A DNA stretch of 24,000 nucleotides from Candidatus Saccharimonadales bacterium (lineage in GTDB: Bacteria; Acidobacteriota; Terriglobia; Terriglobales; Acidobacteriaceae), in contig DATLJC010000032.1 of NCBI GenBank assembly GCA_035539055.1, positions 90,788 to 114,787 on the forward strand, given 5' to 3'. Made by a program: the position numbers and the translations under genes. Shown here in pieces: positions 1-9,209 of this stretch; position 1 is the stretch's first letter, and each line of letters starts with the position of its first letter. The notes under the pieces are model-generated. The model saw only the letters and a list, made by a program, of their open reading frames with translations, was not told where the DNA came from and ran no database searches.

Positions 1-113
1 CGCTCGTCCACGACGACAGCTCCGACAAGGGGATTGGGCGTAGCGCGACCTAGGCCGCGCGCAGCCAATTCCAAAGCTTGCCTGAGAAACAATTCATCTG
101 CGGAGATAGCCAT
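1..113 (-). CDS. ribD: Riboflavin biosynthesis protein RibD (pyrimidine deaminase/reductase), N-terminal fragment; the gene runs off the window start
   Basis: Manual minus-strand translation from ATG at 113-111 gives MAISADELFLRQALELAARGLGRATPNPLVGAVVVDE. This is the typical RibD N-terminal deaminase motif (ALxLAxxG...NPxVGAVVV). The start lies 3 nt downstream of the ftsY stop. Confidence 0.6.
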   Translation of the reverse strand, partial: MAISADELFLRQALELAARGLGRATPNPLVGAVVVDE

Positions 114-116
114 GGT

Positions 117-1079
117 TTAGGAAAACAGCGAATCGACAAAGTCGACCGCGTTGAAGGGGATGAGGTCCGATTGTTTTTCTCCCACACCGACGTATCGCAC
201 GGGAAGGTTCATTTCACGCGAGATTGCGATTACCACGCCGCCTTTGGCCGTCCCGTCGAGCTTCGTCAGCACAATTCCGGTTACGCCCGCAGCTTCCGTA
301 AAGATTTTGGCCTGCTGCAATCCATTCTGTCCGGTTGTAGCGTCCATGATGAGAAGCGTTTCGTGCGGCGCTCCCGGGACCACGCGTTGCGCCGTCCGGT
401 ACATTTTTTCAAGCTCAGCCATCAGGTTAGCCTTGTTGTGCAGGCGCCCGGCGGTGTCCACAATGACATAGTCGGTCTTGCGTGCCTTGGCCGCTTGTAA
501 AGCGTCAAACAGGACGGCGGAGGGATCGCCGCCCGGCTTCGTCTTAATAACCTCGGTGCCGGTGCGCTCTCCCCAAATTTCGAGCTGCTCGATTGCCGCA
601 GCGCGAAACGTATCGGCCGCGGCGAGCAGAACGGTCTTACCTTGTGCTCGCAGCGCGTGAGCCAACTTTCCAATTGTCGTTGTCTTACCAACGCCGTTGA
701 CGCCCACAACGAGAATGACTTCCGGAGCCTGGACTACAACTTTCGGATTGCTCTCGGCGGCGCGATTTAAAATTGCAAGCAGTTCATCCTTAAGCACGCG
801 TTTGAGTTCGGTTGTGTCTGCGATCTGTTTGCGAGTAACCTTTTCGCGCATCGCCGCCAGAACTTCGTTCGTTGTAGCGGAGCCGAGGTCGGCGGAAATC
901 AAAGTCGCCTCAAGGTCGTCGAGGGTCTCAGCGTCAATTTCCTTACGGAAGGCGACGACTTCCTCAATTCGCTCCGTGAGATTTTCGCGGGTTCGCGAAA
1001 CGGCCTGCTTCATGCGCTCAAAGAGCGATGACTTCTTTTCTTCGGGCTGGTCGAGGCTTCCAAATAACGTCTGTATCAT
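117..1079 (-). CDS. ftsY: Signal recognition particle receptor FtsY
   Basis: ORF 117..1103 carries the SRP GTPase motifs [20 protein letters not shown] and TKLDG. The ORF-track start at 1103 is TTG. I prefer the in-frame ATG at 1079 ([10 protein letters not shown]...), but the start is uncertain by 24 nt. Confidence 0.9.
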   Translation of the reverse strand: MIQTLFGSLDQPEEKKSSLFERMKQAVSRTRENLTERIEEVVAFRKEIDAETLDDLEATLISADLGSATTNEVLAAMREKVTRKQIADTTELKRVLKDELLAILNRAAESNPKVVVQAPEVILVVGVNGVGKTTTIGKLAHALRAQGKTVLLAAADTFRAAAIEQLEIWGERTGTEVIKTKPGGDPSAVLFDALQAAKARKTDYVIVDTAGRLHNKANLMAELEKMYRTAQRVVPGAPHETLLIMDATTGQNGLQQAKIFTEAAGVTGIVLTKLDGTAKGGVVIAISREMNLPVRYVGVGEKQSDLIPFNAVDFVDSLFS

Positions 1080-1123
1080 TACGCTTTCAATTATAGCGAG
1101 CAACGCTGCTGATCAGCGTTCGC

Positions 1124-2155
1124 CTAAACTCGGTAAAGTGCGCTTTCCTGCGTGAGCGGGCGGTTCATCAGGTCGCGAATCGCGTCGCTCGGATCTTTTC
1201 CATGCTGCAAAATTTCGTGCATTTGCCCGATGATTGGCATCTCCACACCCACGGAACTGGCCAGTCCGACGGTGGCACTCGTGGTCAATACGCCTTCGGC
1301 GACCATGCCGTGCATGCCTGCGATAATCTCTTCGAGTTTGCGTCCACGCCCCAGTTCCACGCCCACGCTGCGATTACGCGAGAGGCCGCCGGTACAGGTT
1401 AGGACGAGGTCTCCCAACCCTGATAGTCCCGACATGGTCTCGGAACGTCCTCCGCAAGCAACGGTGAGGCGGGTCATCTCGGCAAGCCCACGGGTGATCA
1501 GTCCGGCGATGGTGTTGTGTCCGTAGCCGATTCCGTCAACTACCCCGGCTGCAATGGCAATCACGTTCTTGACAGCGCCGCCCAACTCAAGTCCGATGAC
1601 GTCGTCGTTGCGGTATAAGCGGAAATTGGCGTCGCTGAACGCTTCCTGCACCTGGGCTGTGAGATCGGGGTGGGCGGAAGCTACGGTAATGGTCGTCGGA
1701 AAGCCCATGGCTACCTCGCGGGCGAAGGTCGGGCCACTAACCGCACAAAGGCGAGGCTGAAAACCTCCTTCACCTTCGGTCAGCACTTCCGTAATGACCT
1801 CTGTCATTCGCAGCAGGGATTCGTTCTCGATGCCTTTCGTGGCAGATACCAGCAGCATATCGGGACGAAGCAAAGGCTTCATTTGCTTCCAGACGCGCCG
1901 GACGTGATGCGACGGCATTACGCTTAGAACGATTTCCGCTCCGGAGATTGCCTCGGCAAGACTCTGGGTCGCTTCTATGCTCTCCGGCAACCGGCAGCCG
2001 CTCAGGAATGGTTCGTTGACGTGCGTGGTACGGATGGACTCGACTACTTCCTTCTCGTAAGCCCAAAGTTTAAGTTGATGGGAACCGCCGCGACCGAGCG
2101 CTATGGAGAGCGCCGTGCCCCAGGCTCCGGCGCCAATGACTGCAATTCTTGCCAT
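1124..2155 (-). CDS. gpsA: NAD(P)H-dependent glycerol-3-phosphate dehydrogenase
   Basis: 343 aa with an N-terminal Rossmann motif (MARIAVIGAGAWGTAL) and GpsA-like length and body (GLELGGAVKNVIAIAAG). Confidence 0.93.
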   Translation of the reverse strand: MARIAVIGAGAWGTALSIALGRGGSHQLKLWAYEKEVVESIRTTHVNEPFLSGCRLPESIEATQSLAEAISGAEIVLSVMPSHHVRRVWKQMKPLLRPDMLLVSATKGIENESLLRMTEVITEVLTEGEGGFQPRLCAVSGPTFAREVAMGFPTTITVASAHPDLTAQVQEAFSDANFRLYRNDDVIGLELGGAVKNVIAIAAGVVDGIGYGHNTIAGLITRGLAEMTRLTVACGGRSETMSGLSGLGDLVLTCTGGLSRNRSVGVELGRGRKLEEIIAGMHGMVAEGVLTTSATVGLASSVGVEMPIIGQMHEILQHGKDPSDAIRDLMNRPLTQESALYRV

Positions 2156-2161
2156 GAAAAA

Positions 2162-2797
2162 CTATGCCTTTCTTGCGCCGAACCGGCTTTCAGTGCCGGC
2201 CAGGAGTCGTCCAATATTTTGGTGGTGACGGATGATGACCAGGAGCGCGACTGCAGCGCACATCGCCAGTGCGGGAGCGGGAAACGCATCCCGTTCAAGC
2301 CACCACAGTGCAACAGGGAATGAAGCAGCGGCAAGGATTGAGCCGAGTGAAACATAGCGGGTAAAGGCCACGATCGCGAGGAAAAGAATCACCACGATCA
2401 GCACGGCCTTCGGTGCGAGCGCAAGAAAGACACCAAGTCCGGTTGCCACCCCTTTGCCGCCCTTGAAGCCTAGCCACACTGGAAACATGTGTCCGATCAC
2501 TGCGACCAGCGCGGCAAAGGTCGCAAGGGTATGAAGTTGCGCCGGACCCGAGGTGGAAATCCCGGGAAGGGTGAGCACCAGGAAAACCGGCAGCCAGCCC
2601 TTGAACGCATCAAGAACGAGAGTTGCAATAGCCAAACCCTTGCCGCCGGTACGGGCAACATTGGTCGCCCCGATATTTCCGCTTCCAATCGACCGGACAT
2701 CGATCCCCTGAAAGACACGTACGAGGATGTAGCCGAAAGGAATTGACCCGAGCAGATAAGAGCCGACAGCAACGGCAATAAGAGTTGAAATGTTCAT
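2162..2797 (-). CDS. plsY: Glycerol-3-phosphate acyltransferase PlsY
   Basis: 211-aa polytopic membrane protein with the PlsY signature GSGNIGATNVxR and KGGKGVAT. It stops 6 nt before the gpsA start, matching the conserved plsY-gpsA pairing. Confidence 0.93.
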   Translation of the reverse strand: MNISTLIAVAVGSYLLGSIPFGYILVRVFQGIDVRSIGSGNIGATNVARTGGKGLAIATLVLDAFKGWLPVFLVLTLPGISTSGPAQLHTLATFAALVAVIGHMFPVWLGFKGGKGVATGLGVFLALAPKAVLIVVILFLAIVAFTRYVSLGSILAAASFPVALWWLERDAFPAPALAMCAAVALLVIIRHHQNIGRLLAGTESRFGARKA

Positions 2798-2818
2798 CTC
2801 ACGTCCATAGCAGGTCTA

Positions 2819-3391
2819 TCATCCCGCCAATTCAAAGCGCTCGAGCTTGTAGTAGCTCGGCCCGAGGGACGACAACTTGCTTTCATAGAGAAAGAATTCG
2901 CGCGCCGCCATTGTACCGAACTCTGGCGCGGGACTCGATGACACAATTTTGCCGAGCTGTGCAAATGCCTCCGGTGATCGCTCACCACGCCTTGGCCGGG
3001 GTCTCCCTGAGCCATTACGCGCCAGCGTAAGATGCGGGTGGAATTCACGCTCCTGCGGAAAGCCGAGCCCTTCTAAGGACTGATCGATGCTTCGAGCAAG
3101 CCCCGGAAGTGCTGGCGCGCCAATTCCGGCCCAGAAGACACGCGGGGCGTGCTCGTTTGGAAAGAAACCAACGCTTGCGAAAGTCACTTCGAAAGCCGAC
3201 GCGCGCACCGTTCGCAGGCGTTGCCGGACGGGCTCCGGTGATTGCACCTCGCCCAGAAACTTCAATGTGACGTGATAATTGCTGCTGGCAACAAATCGAA
3301 CGCCCGGCAGGCGAGGCTGGAGCGTCCTCACGTAGTCGTCCAGCCGTTGCTGAATGGCTTCGTCGATGGCGAGTGCGATAAACAGACGCAT
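2819..3391 (-). CDS. thpR: RNA 2',3'-cyclic phosphodiesterase (2H phosphoesterase, ThpR/LigT family)
   Basis: 190 aa with two HxTx motifs (HVTLKFLG and HPHLTLAR) at the spacing typical of the 2H superfamily. Confidence 0.85.
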   Translation of the reverse strand: MRLFIALAIDEAIQQRLDDYVRTLQPRLPGVRFVASSNYHVTLKFLGEVQSPEPVRQRLRTVRASAFEVTFASVGFFPNEHAPRVFWAGIGAPALPGLARSIDQSLEGLGFPQEREFHPHLTLARNGSGRPRPRRGERSPEAFAQLGKIVSSSPAPEFGTMAAREFFLYESKLSSLGPSYYKLERFELAG

Positions 3392-3394
3392 GGC

Positions 3395-4639
3395 TTACCG
3401 GAGCTTACGGCGTATCAGGTCGAGCGCTAACTGCGTGGCGTACCAGCGAATACGTTCGCGGTCGCCGGGAAATCTGCGCTCGACAACTTCGGTATGTTTG
3501 CCGTCAGCCAGCGCAATGTAAACGAGTCCGACTGGCTTTTCGGCAGTTCCACCCGAAGGACCTGCAACGCCCGTGATTCCAATGCCCAATGTGGTTTTGC
3601 AGCGCTGGCGGATTCCTTCGGCGAGTGCCGCGGCCACGGAACGGCTCACCGCTCCATCGCTTGCCAGCAACAGAGGGGGCACACCACAAAATTCACGCTT
3701 CAACTGGTCGGAATAGACCAGCGCTCCACCCACGAAGTATCTCGACGAGCCGCTAATGCGCGTAATGCGTTCGGCCAGCAGACCGCCGGTGCAGCTCTCG
3801 GCCACGGAAAGGGTTGCGCCTCGCATCTGCAAAAAGTATCCGACGATCTGTTCGAGCGACTCGCCGCCGGAGGAAAATATCTCGTCGGCGAATTCATCCT
3901 CAAGCAGTGATGCAAGCTTTTCGACGCGCTCTTCTGCTTCCTCCTGCGTAGCTGCCCGTGCGCTCAGATGAAACTGCACCTCGCCAGCCTTGGCCAGGAT
4001 CGTTGTCTGAATGTCAGAAAATTCCTTGTATATCTTAGAGGCACGCAGGTCTGCGCTGGATTCTGCCACCATGGCGACCTTCAACTCACAGGTCGCGAGA
4101 TGCTCTTCCGGCAAGAGCAGTTTCAGGCGATCAAAGCAATGATCGTTGAACATGCCTTCCATCTCAAATGGAGGGCCCGGCAGCAGAATGATCAATCGGC
4201 GCTGGCCTTCGTAGCTCGTATCGATCCATTGGCCGGGAGCGCTGCCGCGCGGATTCTTTAGAAGTTCGGCGCCGTAAATGTAGTCCGCCTGCTTGACGTT
4301 GTTCTCCGCCATCCTCATGCGCAGCGTAGCCGCACGGGCATAGAGCGCGGCCACCATCTCGTGATCGCGACGCAATTCCAGGCCCAGGGCTTCCGCCACG
4401 CATTCTCGTGTAAGGTCGTCCTCCGTAGGGCCAAGGCCCCCGGAAAAGATGACGATCTGGGCGCGCGAGAGCGCAATTCGGCTCGCGTACAGGAGATGCT
4501 CTATACGGTCGCCAACGATTGTCTTGTAGATGACTTCTACGCCAAGCTCGTTGAGGCGCTTGGTCAGGAACAGGGAATTGGTGTCCTGGCGATAAGGCGT
4601 CAAGAGCTCGGAGCCGATAGCTACGATCTCAGCATTCAC
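3395..4639 (-). CDS. cinA: CinA family protein (competence/damage-inducible; MoCF-like N domain plus nicotinamide-nucleotide amidase PncC-like C domain)
   Basis: 414 aa with N-terminus MNAEIVAIGSELL...GGLGPTEDDLT and C-terminal domain LSVAESCTGGLLA...GITGVAGP. Start codon is GTG. Confidence 0.9.
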   Translation of the reverse strand: MNAEIVAIGSELLTPYRQDTNSLFLTKRLNELGVEVIYKTIVGDRIEHLLYASRIALSRAQIVIFSGGLGPTEDDLTRECVAEALGLELRRDHEMVAALYARAATLRMRMAENNVKQADYIYGAELLKNPRGSAPGQWIDTSYEGQRRLIILLPGPPFEMEGMFNDHCFDRLKLLLPEEHLATCELKVAMVAESSADLRASKIYKEFSDIQTTILAKAGEVQFHLSARAATQEEAEERVEKLASLLEDEFADEIFSSGGESLEQIVGYFLQMRGATLSVAESCTGGLLAERITRISGSSRYFVGGALVYSDQLKREFCGVPPLLLASDGAVSRSVAAALAEGIRQRCKTTLGIGITGVAGPSGGTAEKPVGLVYIALADGKHTEVVERRFPGDRERIRWYATQLALDLIRRKLR

Positions 4640-4815
4640 ATGTAACAGTGTAAACCGAACATTCCGGAGTCACAGAATTAAGAGAAATCGTTGCCCAACA
4701 GAGATTCCAGCGCACAAAGCCGGGTTGCACTGACATAAGGAGAGAGAACGTTTATACAATGTTGGCAGAGGAGTGTGAGCAGAGTCACAAAGACGAAGGA
4801 TGTATGTCACCGCAA

Positions 4816-4833
4816 ATGTAGAATACTCAACAT
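4816..4833. promoter_or_regulatory. Candidate operator: 18-bp imperfect palindrome ATGTAGAATACTCAACAT upstream of the Rrf2 gene
   Basis: 7 of 9 positions are self-complementary. It lies 52 nt upstream of the Rrf2 ATG and overlaps a TAGAAT -10-like hexamer (4819-4824). Rrf2 regulators commonly autoregulate via AT-rich palindromes. No family consensus match is claimed. Confidence 0.25.
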
Positions 4834-4884
4834 ATCTTCAAAGCGGATGAAATAGGTCCACTTTGTCTCTATCCTAACGGTCCA

Positions 4885-5454
4885 ATGCAACTGACTCGCG
4901 CCGCCGACTATGCCGTTCGCGTAATGATTCATCTGGCCAGCCAGCCAGAGGGCGCGATAGTGCCTAAGAAGCTTCTTGCCACTGCAGCGGAAGCGCCGGA
5001 AAGTTTTCTTTCTAAAATCCTCCAGTCACTTTCTCGAGCAGGGCTGATTCAAACCCGGCGAGGTGTAGTGGGTGGGTTTTCACTTCTTCCTCGCGGCGCG
5101 AAAGCTTCCATGCTTGAGGTCGTCGAATGCATTGATGGGCCAATCGCTTTGAATGTTTGCGTCACCTCGGGTATCTCTTGCAACCGGCAGGGCGAGTGCG
5201 CTGCGCACAGAGTATGGGTGCGGGCGCAGGCGGCAATGCTCTCGGTGCTGAACGATGCCAAAATTGCCGAGATGATTCCCGTACGGAGTCTCTGCGACAC
5301 CCGAATAAACCTGACCCAAGTTTCCGGAAGCCTCGAACCTGAATCGATGCTTCCGATCGATCTGCCACATGAATCAAGAAACAGAGCACGTACGGAATTT
5401 GTCTCAACCGGCGTTCCGCACGCGGGACCCGGCAAAAAAAATACAAAGAATTAG
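4885..5454 (+). CDS. Rrf2 family transcriptional regulator, IscR/NsrR-like, with Fe-S ligand motif and a roughly 45-aa C-terminal tail
   Basis: N-terminal wHTH is MQLTRAADYAVRVMIHLA...ILQSLSRAGLIQTRRGVVGGFSL. Cys92-x6-Cys99-x5-Cys105-x2-His108 (nt 5158-5208) mirrors the IscR Cys3His ligand spacing. Confidence 0.88.
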   Translation: MQLTRAADYAVRVMIHLASQPEGAIVPKKLLATAAEAPESFLSKILQSLSRAGLIQTRRGVVGGFSLLPRGAKASMLEVVECIDGPIALNVCVTSGISCNRQGECAAHRVWVRAQAAMLSVLNDAKIAEMIPVRSLCDTRINLTQVSGSLEPESMLPIDLPHESRNRARTEFVSTGVPHAGPGKKNTKN

Positions 5455-5465
5455 TGGGGTGGAAT

Positions 5466-6842
5466 ATGGACTCCGCCGTATTGATACATCGACTACATTT
5501 CGCATTTACGATCACTTTCCACTACCTCTTTCCGCAGTTGACGATGGGACTGGCTCCGCTGGTTGTGGCACTGAAAACCATCGGTCTGTGGAAGGACGAC
5601 GAACGCTATAACAAAGCCGCGCGCTTCTGGGCGAAGATCTTTGGTATCAGCTTCGTCTTCGGCGTGGTGACTGGAATTCCAATGGAGTTTCAGTTCGGAA
5701 CCAACTGGTCTCATTTTTCCAAGTATGCTGGCGGCGTAATTGGACAGACCCTTGCGATGGAAGGCACCTTCGCCTTCTTCCTTGAGTCCGCCTTCCTCGG
5801 CCTCTTCCTCTACGGAGAAAAGCGCCTGAGCAAAATGGCTCATTGGTGGACGGGCGTGGCCGTATTCCTCGGCTCGTGGCTGTCAGGCTATTTCATCGTC
5901 GCGACCGACGCATGGATGCAGCATCCGGTGGCTTACCGAACGACTGCTGACGGTTCTGTGACATTGAGCAGTTTCTGGGGATTGCTGTTGAATCCGTGGG
6001 CCATCTGGCAGTACGCGCACAACATGGCTGGTGCCGCGGTAACGGGCGCCTTTGTGATGGCAGCCGTGGGTGCCTATTATCTGCTTAGTGAAAAGCACGT
6101 CGCGCAGGGAAAGATTTTCGTCAAGGTCGGCGTGATCTCCGGGATTCTGTCTTCACTGCTGGTGATTGGACCTACCGGTGACGGTCAGGGTCGCAATCTT
6201 GCGGTGTACCAACCGGCAGCGTTGGCGGCGATGGAAGCGCACTTTGATACAAAGGAAGCCGACCTGGTGATTCTTGGTCAGCCTAACGTCGAAGGCAAGA
6301 CCATCGATAATCCGCTTGTGGTGCCCAAGGCGTTGAGCTTTCTGATCAGCCGCAACTGGAATGCGAAGGTGCGCGGGTTAAGTTCGTTCCCGGAATCGGA
6401 GTGGCCGACGAACATTTCGTTGCTCTACTACGCCTACCACATCATGGTTGGGCTGGGAACCATCTTCATGGCTGTCATGCTTCTCTCCGGCATACAGCTC
6501 TGGCGCAAGAAAATACATGATTCCAGATGGCTGCTCTGGATTCTGATGTTAAGCTTCCCGCTACCCTTTGTCGCTAACACGGCAGGATGGATGACGGCAG
6601 AGATTGGTCGTCAACCCTATCTTGTGTATGGACTGATGCGCACCATCGATGGTTACTCCAAATCTGTATCCGCCTCGAATGTATGGTTCACGTTACTGGG
6701 TTTTCTGGGAATGTACACGCTGCTGGCGATCCTCTTCCTGTTCCTGGTGCAGCGCGAAATCGCTCATGGGCCGGAACAAGCTGAGAATGTTAATCCCGCT
6801 TCCATCATGAGCGGAGAAGCTGCTGCTGCGAGGAGGAACTAA
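5466..6842 (+). CDS. cydA: Cytochrome bd ubiquinol oxidase subunit I (short Q-loop type)
   Basis: Conserved N-terminus (LHRLHFAFTITFHYLFPQLTMGL), GRQPY motif (EIGRQPYLVYGLMRT) and multiple TM segments. The ORF track starts at GTG 5454; the ATG at 5466 (MDSAVL...) fits homolog N-termini better. Confidence 0.93.
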   Translation: MDSAVLIHRLHFAFTITFHYLFPQLTMGLAPLVVALKTIGLWKDDERYNKAARFWAKIFGISFVFGVVTGIPMEFQFGTNWSHFSKYAGGVIGQTLAMEGTFAFFLESAFLGLFLYGEKRLSKMAHWWTGVAVFLGSWLSGYFIVATDAWMQHPVAYRTTADGSVTLSSFWGLLLNPWAIWQYAHNMAGAAVTGAFVMAAVGAYYLLSEKHVAQGKIFVKVGVISGILSSLLVIGPTGDGQGRNLAVYQPAALAAMEAHFDTKEADLVILGQPNVEGKTIDNPLVVPKALSFLISRNWNAKVRGLSSFPESEWPTNISLLYYAYHIMVGLGTIFMAVMLLSGIQLWRKKIHDSRWLLWILMLSFPLPFVANTAGWMTAEIGRQPYLVYGLMRTIDGYSKSVSASNVWFTLLGFLGMYTLLAILFLFLVQREIAHGPEQAENVNPASIMSGEAAAARRN

Positions 6843-6843
6843 C

Positions 6844-7890
6844 ATGGGATTGCTATGGTTCGCAATTGTCGCATTCTTGCTCGCCGGGTACGTCATCCTG
6901 GACGGTTTTGATATCGGCGCCGGTGCACTGCATTTCTTTCTAGGCCGCACGGATAATGAGCGGAGGAAAATCATGCGCGCGATCGGTCCCGTGTGGGACG
7001 GCAATGAAGTCTGGCTGTTGGCGACCGGCGGCGTACTGTACTGCGCGTTTCCGCAGCTCTATGCATCAAGCTTCAGTGGCTTCTATCTTCCGCTGATGAT
7101 GGTGTTATGGCTTCTGATGCTGCGCGCGATCGGATTGGAATTCCGTACGCACATTGACGATGGCATTTGGGCAAGCCTTTTCGATGGAGTATTTGCTATT
7201 GGCAGTTTGCTACTGGCAATTTTCTACGGGGCGGCGTTGGGCAACGTGGTTCGAGGTGTGCCGCTCGGACCGGATCACTACTTCTTCCTTCCGTTGTGGA
7301 CGAACTGGAGGGTTGGCGCTCATCCGGGCGTCCTTGACTGGTACACCGTGCTGGCAGGTGTAGTTACGCTGGTTGCGCTTTCCATGCATGGCGCCAACTA
7401 TCTTGTCGTCAAAACAGATGGTGCTCTGAATGAACGCGCTCGCAAGACATCGCTTGTGCTGACTCCCGTTCTGATTGTGCTCACGTTATTGAGCCTGGTT
7501 GCCACGCTCGTCATTCATCCCAACCTGCTTGCCAACTACAACGCGGTGCCAATTGGCTATGCAATCCCGGTGCTTGTGTTTGCCAGCATGATCGGGGTCA
7601 TCGTATTCCAGAAACGACGTCAAGAGATCCCCGCCTTCGTTTGTGGCGCACTGTATCTGGCCTTCATGCTAGTGGGAGCCGTCTATTCGTTGTATCCGGT
7701 CATCCTTCCCGGTGTGGATCCGCAGTACAACCTGACGGTTCAGAACTCGATTACCGCGAGCTATGGGCTGCAGGTTGGTCTGCGATGGTGGATATTGGGG
7801 ATGGTGATTGCACTCGGGTATTTCGTTTTCCTATATCGCATGTTCCGCGGCAAAGTTGTTGTGGAAAGTCATAGCGGTTACGGCGATTAA
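6844..7890 (+). CDS. cydB: Cytochrome bd ubiquinol oxidase subunit II
   Basis: 348-aa polytopic protein with CydB-like DGFDxGAG and GPxWDGNEVWL motifs. GGAGGA lies 7 nt upstream, and the start is 1 nt after the cydA stop. Confidence 0.93.
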   Translation: MGLLWFAIVAFLLAGYVILDGFDIGAGALHFFLGRTDNERRKIMRAIGPVWDGNEVWLLATGGVLYCAFPQLYASSFSGFYLPLMMVLWLLMLRAIGLEFRTHIDDGIWASLFDGVFAIGSLLLAIFYGAALGNVVRGVPLGPDHYFFLPLWTNWRVGAHPGVLDWYTVLAGVVTLVALSMHGANYLVVKTDGALNERARKTSLVLTPVLIVLTLLSLVATLVIHPNLLANYNAVPIGYAIPVLVFASMIGVIVFQKRRQEIPAFVCGALYLAFMLVGAVYSLYPVILPGVDPQYNLTVQNSITASYGLQVGLRWWILGMVIALGYFVFLYRMFRGKVVVESHSGYGD

Positions 7891-7990
7891 GTTGTAAGCT
7901 GAATTCAACGAAAATTGACAAAACTCATAAGAGTGCAAGGGTGGCGGTCAGACATCAATCCGACATCCTGCCCTCTGTTGAGCGCGCAGG

Positions 7991-8016
7991 GAACAGGTGT
8001 TTCCGTGCCTGTTTTG
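7991..8016 (+). terminator. Weak hairpin plus short T-run downstream of cydB
   Basis: AACAGG (7992-7997) pairs with CCTGTT (8008-8013) around a 10-nt loop, followed by TTG. The stem is short and the U-tract poor. Confidence 0.3.
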
Positions 8017-8062
8017 CTGCGCACAAATGTTCGACTGATCGTAAAAATAGGAGTAGCACAGG

Positions 8063-8959
8063 ATGAACACAAGGAAGCTTTGGATTGCTTTTAGCTTATT
8101 TGTAATCACAGTGTTTTCACAGGTCGCGTTTGCCCAGGGATTGAACTGGGAAGGTCAGACTGGTGCATTGATTACGCCATTCGCCTACACCGCCTCTTCA
8201 CCCGCACGTAAGTTCGGAAAGCCGGAAGTTTCCTTCCACTACCTGAACTCCGGCGACGTGATTGGTAACGATTACCAGTTCTCGATAACCGAGGGCTTCG
8301 CAAAGCGTTTTGAAGTTGGCTACACTGCGGCCTTCAGCTCTGCCGGCAACAGCCCTCTGAGCTACTTGTTCTCGAACGGCTTCAACGAGTTTCACGGCAA
8401 GGTTACGATTGTCGATGAGAATGCCAGGAAGACCAAGTGGGTTCCAGCCATCGCCGTGGGCGCTCTCGGACGCACGGGCGTACAGCGCGTCGGACAGGTT
8501 GTGAAGTACTGGAACGGCGCCAATCCCGCCGCTTCCAAGTCCACGACCAATGGAGACTTCTACATTGTCGCGACCAAGACCGTGACTCAGTTTAAGGTTC
8601 CTTTCCTTCTGAGCGTCGGCGAAAAGGTCACCAACGCCTCTGTTTTCGGTGTTGCCGGAAATTCGCCTAGCTGGAGGGGACGTCTCTTCGGTACTGCGGC
8701 TGTCGTCGTGAAGGGCCCCGCCAAGTCGCTTGTGGTTCTCGGCTCGGAAGTATCTCAGCAGCCTCGTTACGTCGAGGGTCTGGGCACTGGCGCGACCATT
8801 CCTACCTCGTTGGGCTACTTTGTTCGCGTAGTTCCGCACCTGGAAGGCGCCCCGTTGCAACTTGATCTCGGCGTAGCGCAGCTTGCCGGAAAAATCGCTC
8901 CGGGAGTGGATCTGCAGGCTCGTGCTCGGGTTGGAATGGGCATCTCCTACCACTTCTAA
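8063..8959 (+). CDS. Secreted protein, probable outer-membrane beta-barrel (family not recognised)
   Basis: Signal peptide MNTRKLWIAFSLFVITVFSQVAFA|QG, alternating beta-strand-like composition, and a C-terminus (GMGISYHF) with the terminal aromatic residue typical of OMP beta-signals. AGGAG lies upstream and a strong terminator follows. Confidence 0.7.
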   Translation: MNTRKLWIAFSLFVITVFSQVAFAQGLNWEGQTGALITPFAYTASSPARKFGKPEVSFHYLNSGDVIGNDYQFSITEGFAKRFEVGYTAAFSSAGNSPLSYLFSNGFNEFHGKVTIVDENARKTKWVPAIAVGALGRTGVQRVGQVVKYWNGANPAASKSTTNGDFYIVATKTVTQFKVPFLLSVGEKVTNASVFGVAGNSPSWRGRLFGTAAVVVKGPAKSLVVLGSEVSQQPRYVEGLGTGATIPTSLGYFVRVVPHLEGAPLQLDLGVAQLAGKIAPGVDLQARARVGMGISYHF

Positions 8960-8981
8960 ACAACGCAGTTCGCAATAACGG

Positions 8982-9014
8982 AAGGCCGCCTGATTTTCGG
9001 GGCGGCCTTTTGGC
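8982..9014 (+). terminator. Rho-independent terminator after the beta-barrel gene (possibly bidirectional, shared with the convergent SDR gene)
   Basis: AAGGCCGCC (8982-8990) pairs with GGCGGCCTT (9001-9009), followed by TTTT. Confidence 0.75.
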
Positions 9015-9209
9015 ATTCAAGTCGTTCACCAAGTGTTCAAACCTAACTTGCTTGTGCTTGAAACTTGCTGCCAGGTTCCAGAAACTCCTGCCGCCCCGCA
9101 ATCAAAAAGCCTCGCCAGAACTTACCCGCGCGGAACCGAAGCTGGATGGCATGTGGCGAAAGTATCCTCCTCCCTTGCATGCCTGGTGCTTGCAATCCCG
9201 GCATGTCCT

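Noticed and set aside
4759-4821. 20-codon ORF (MLAEECEQSHKDEGCMSPQM) in the cinA/rrf2 divergent region
   Set aside because: The nearest SD-like AAGGAG is about 16 nt away, which is too far. The ORF is very short with no conservation evidence, and it is more likely promoter or leader sequence.
7891-8062. Searched for a cydX-like small membrane ORF after cydB
   Set aside because: There is no ATG/GTG-initiated hydrophobic mini-ORF with an SD in this interval.
8198-9016. 272-aa minus-strand ORF overlapping the beta-barrel gene
   Set aside because: The plus-strand frame has a signal peptide, an SD, an OMP-like C-terminus and a terminator. The minus frame is Arg/Gly-rich with no start context and runs through the terminator hairpin.
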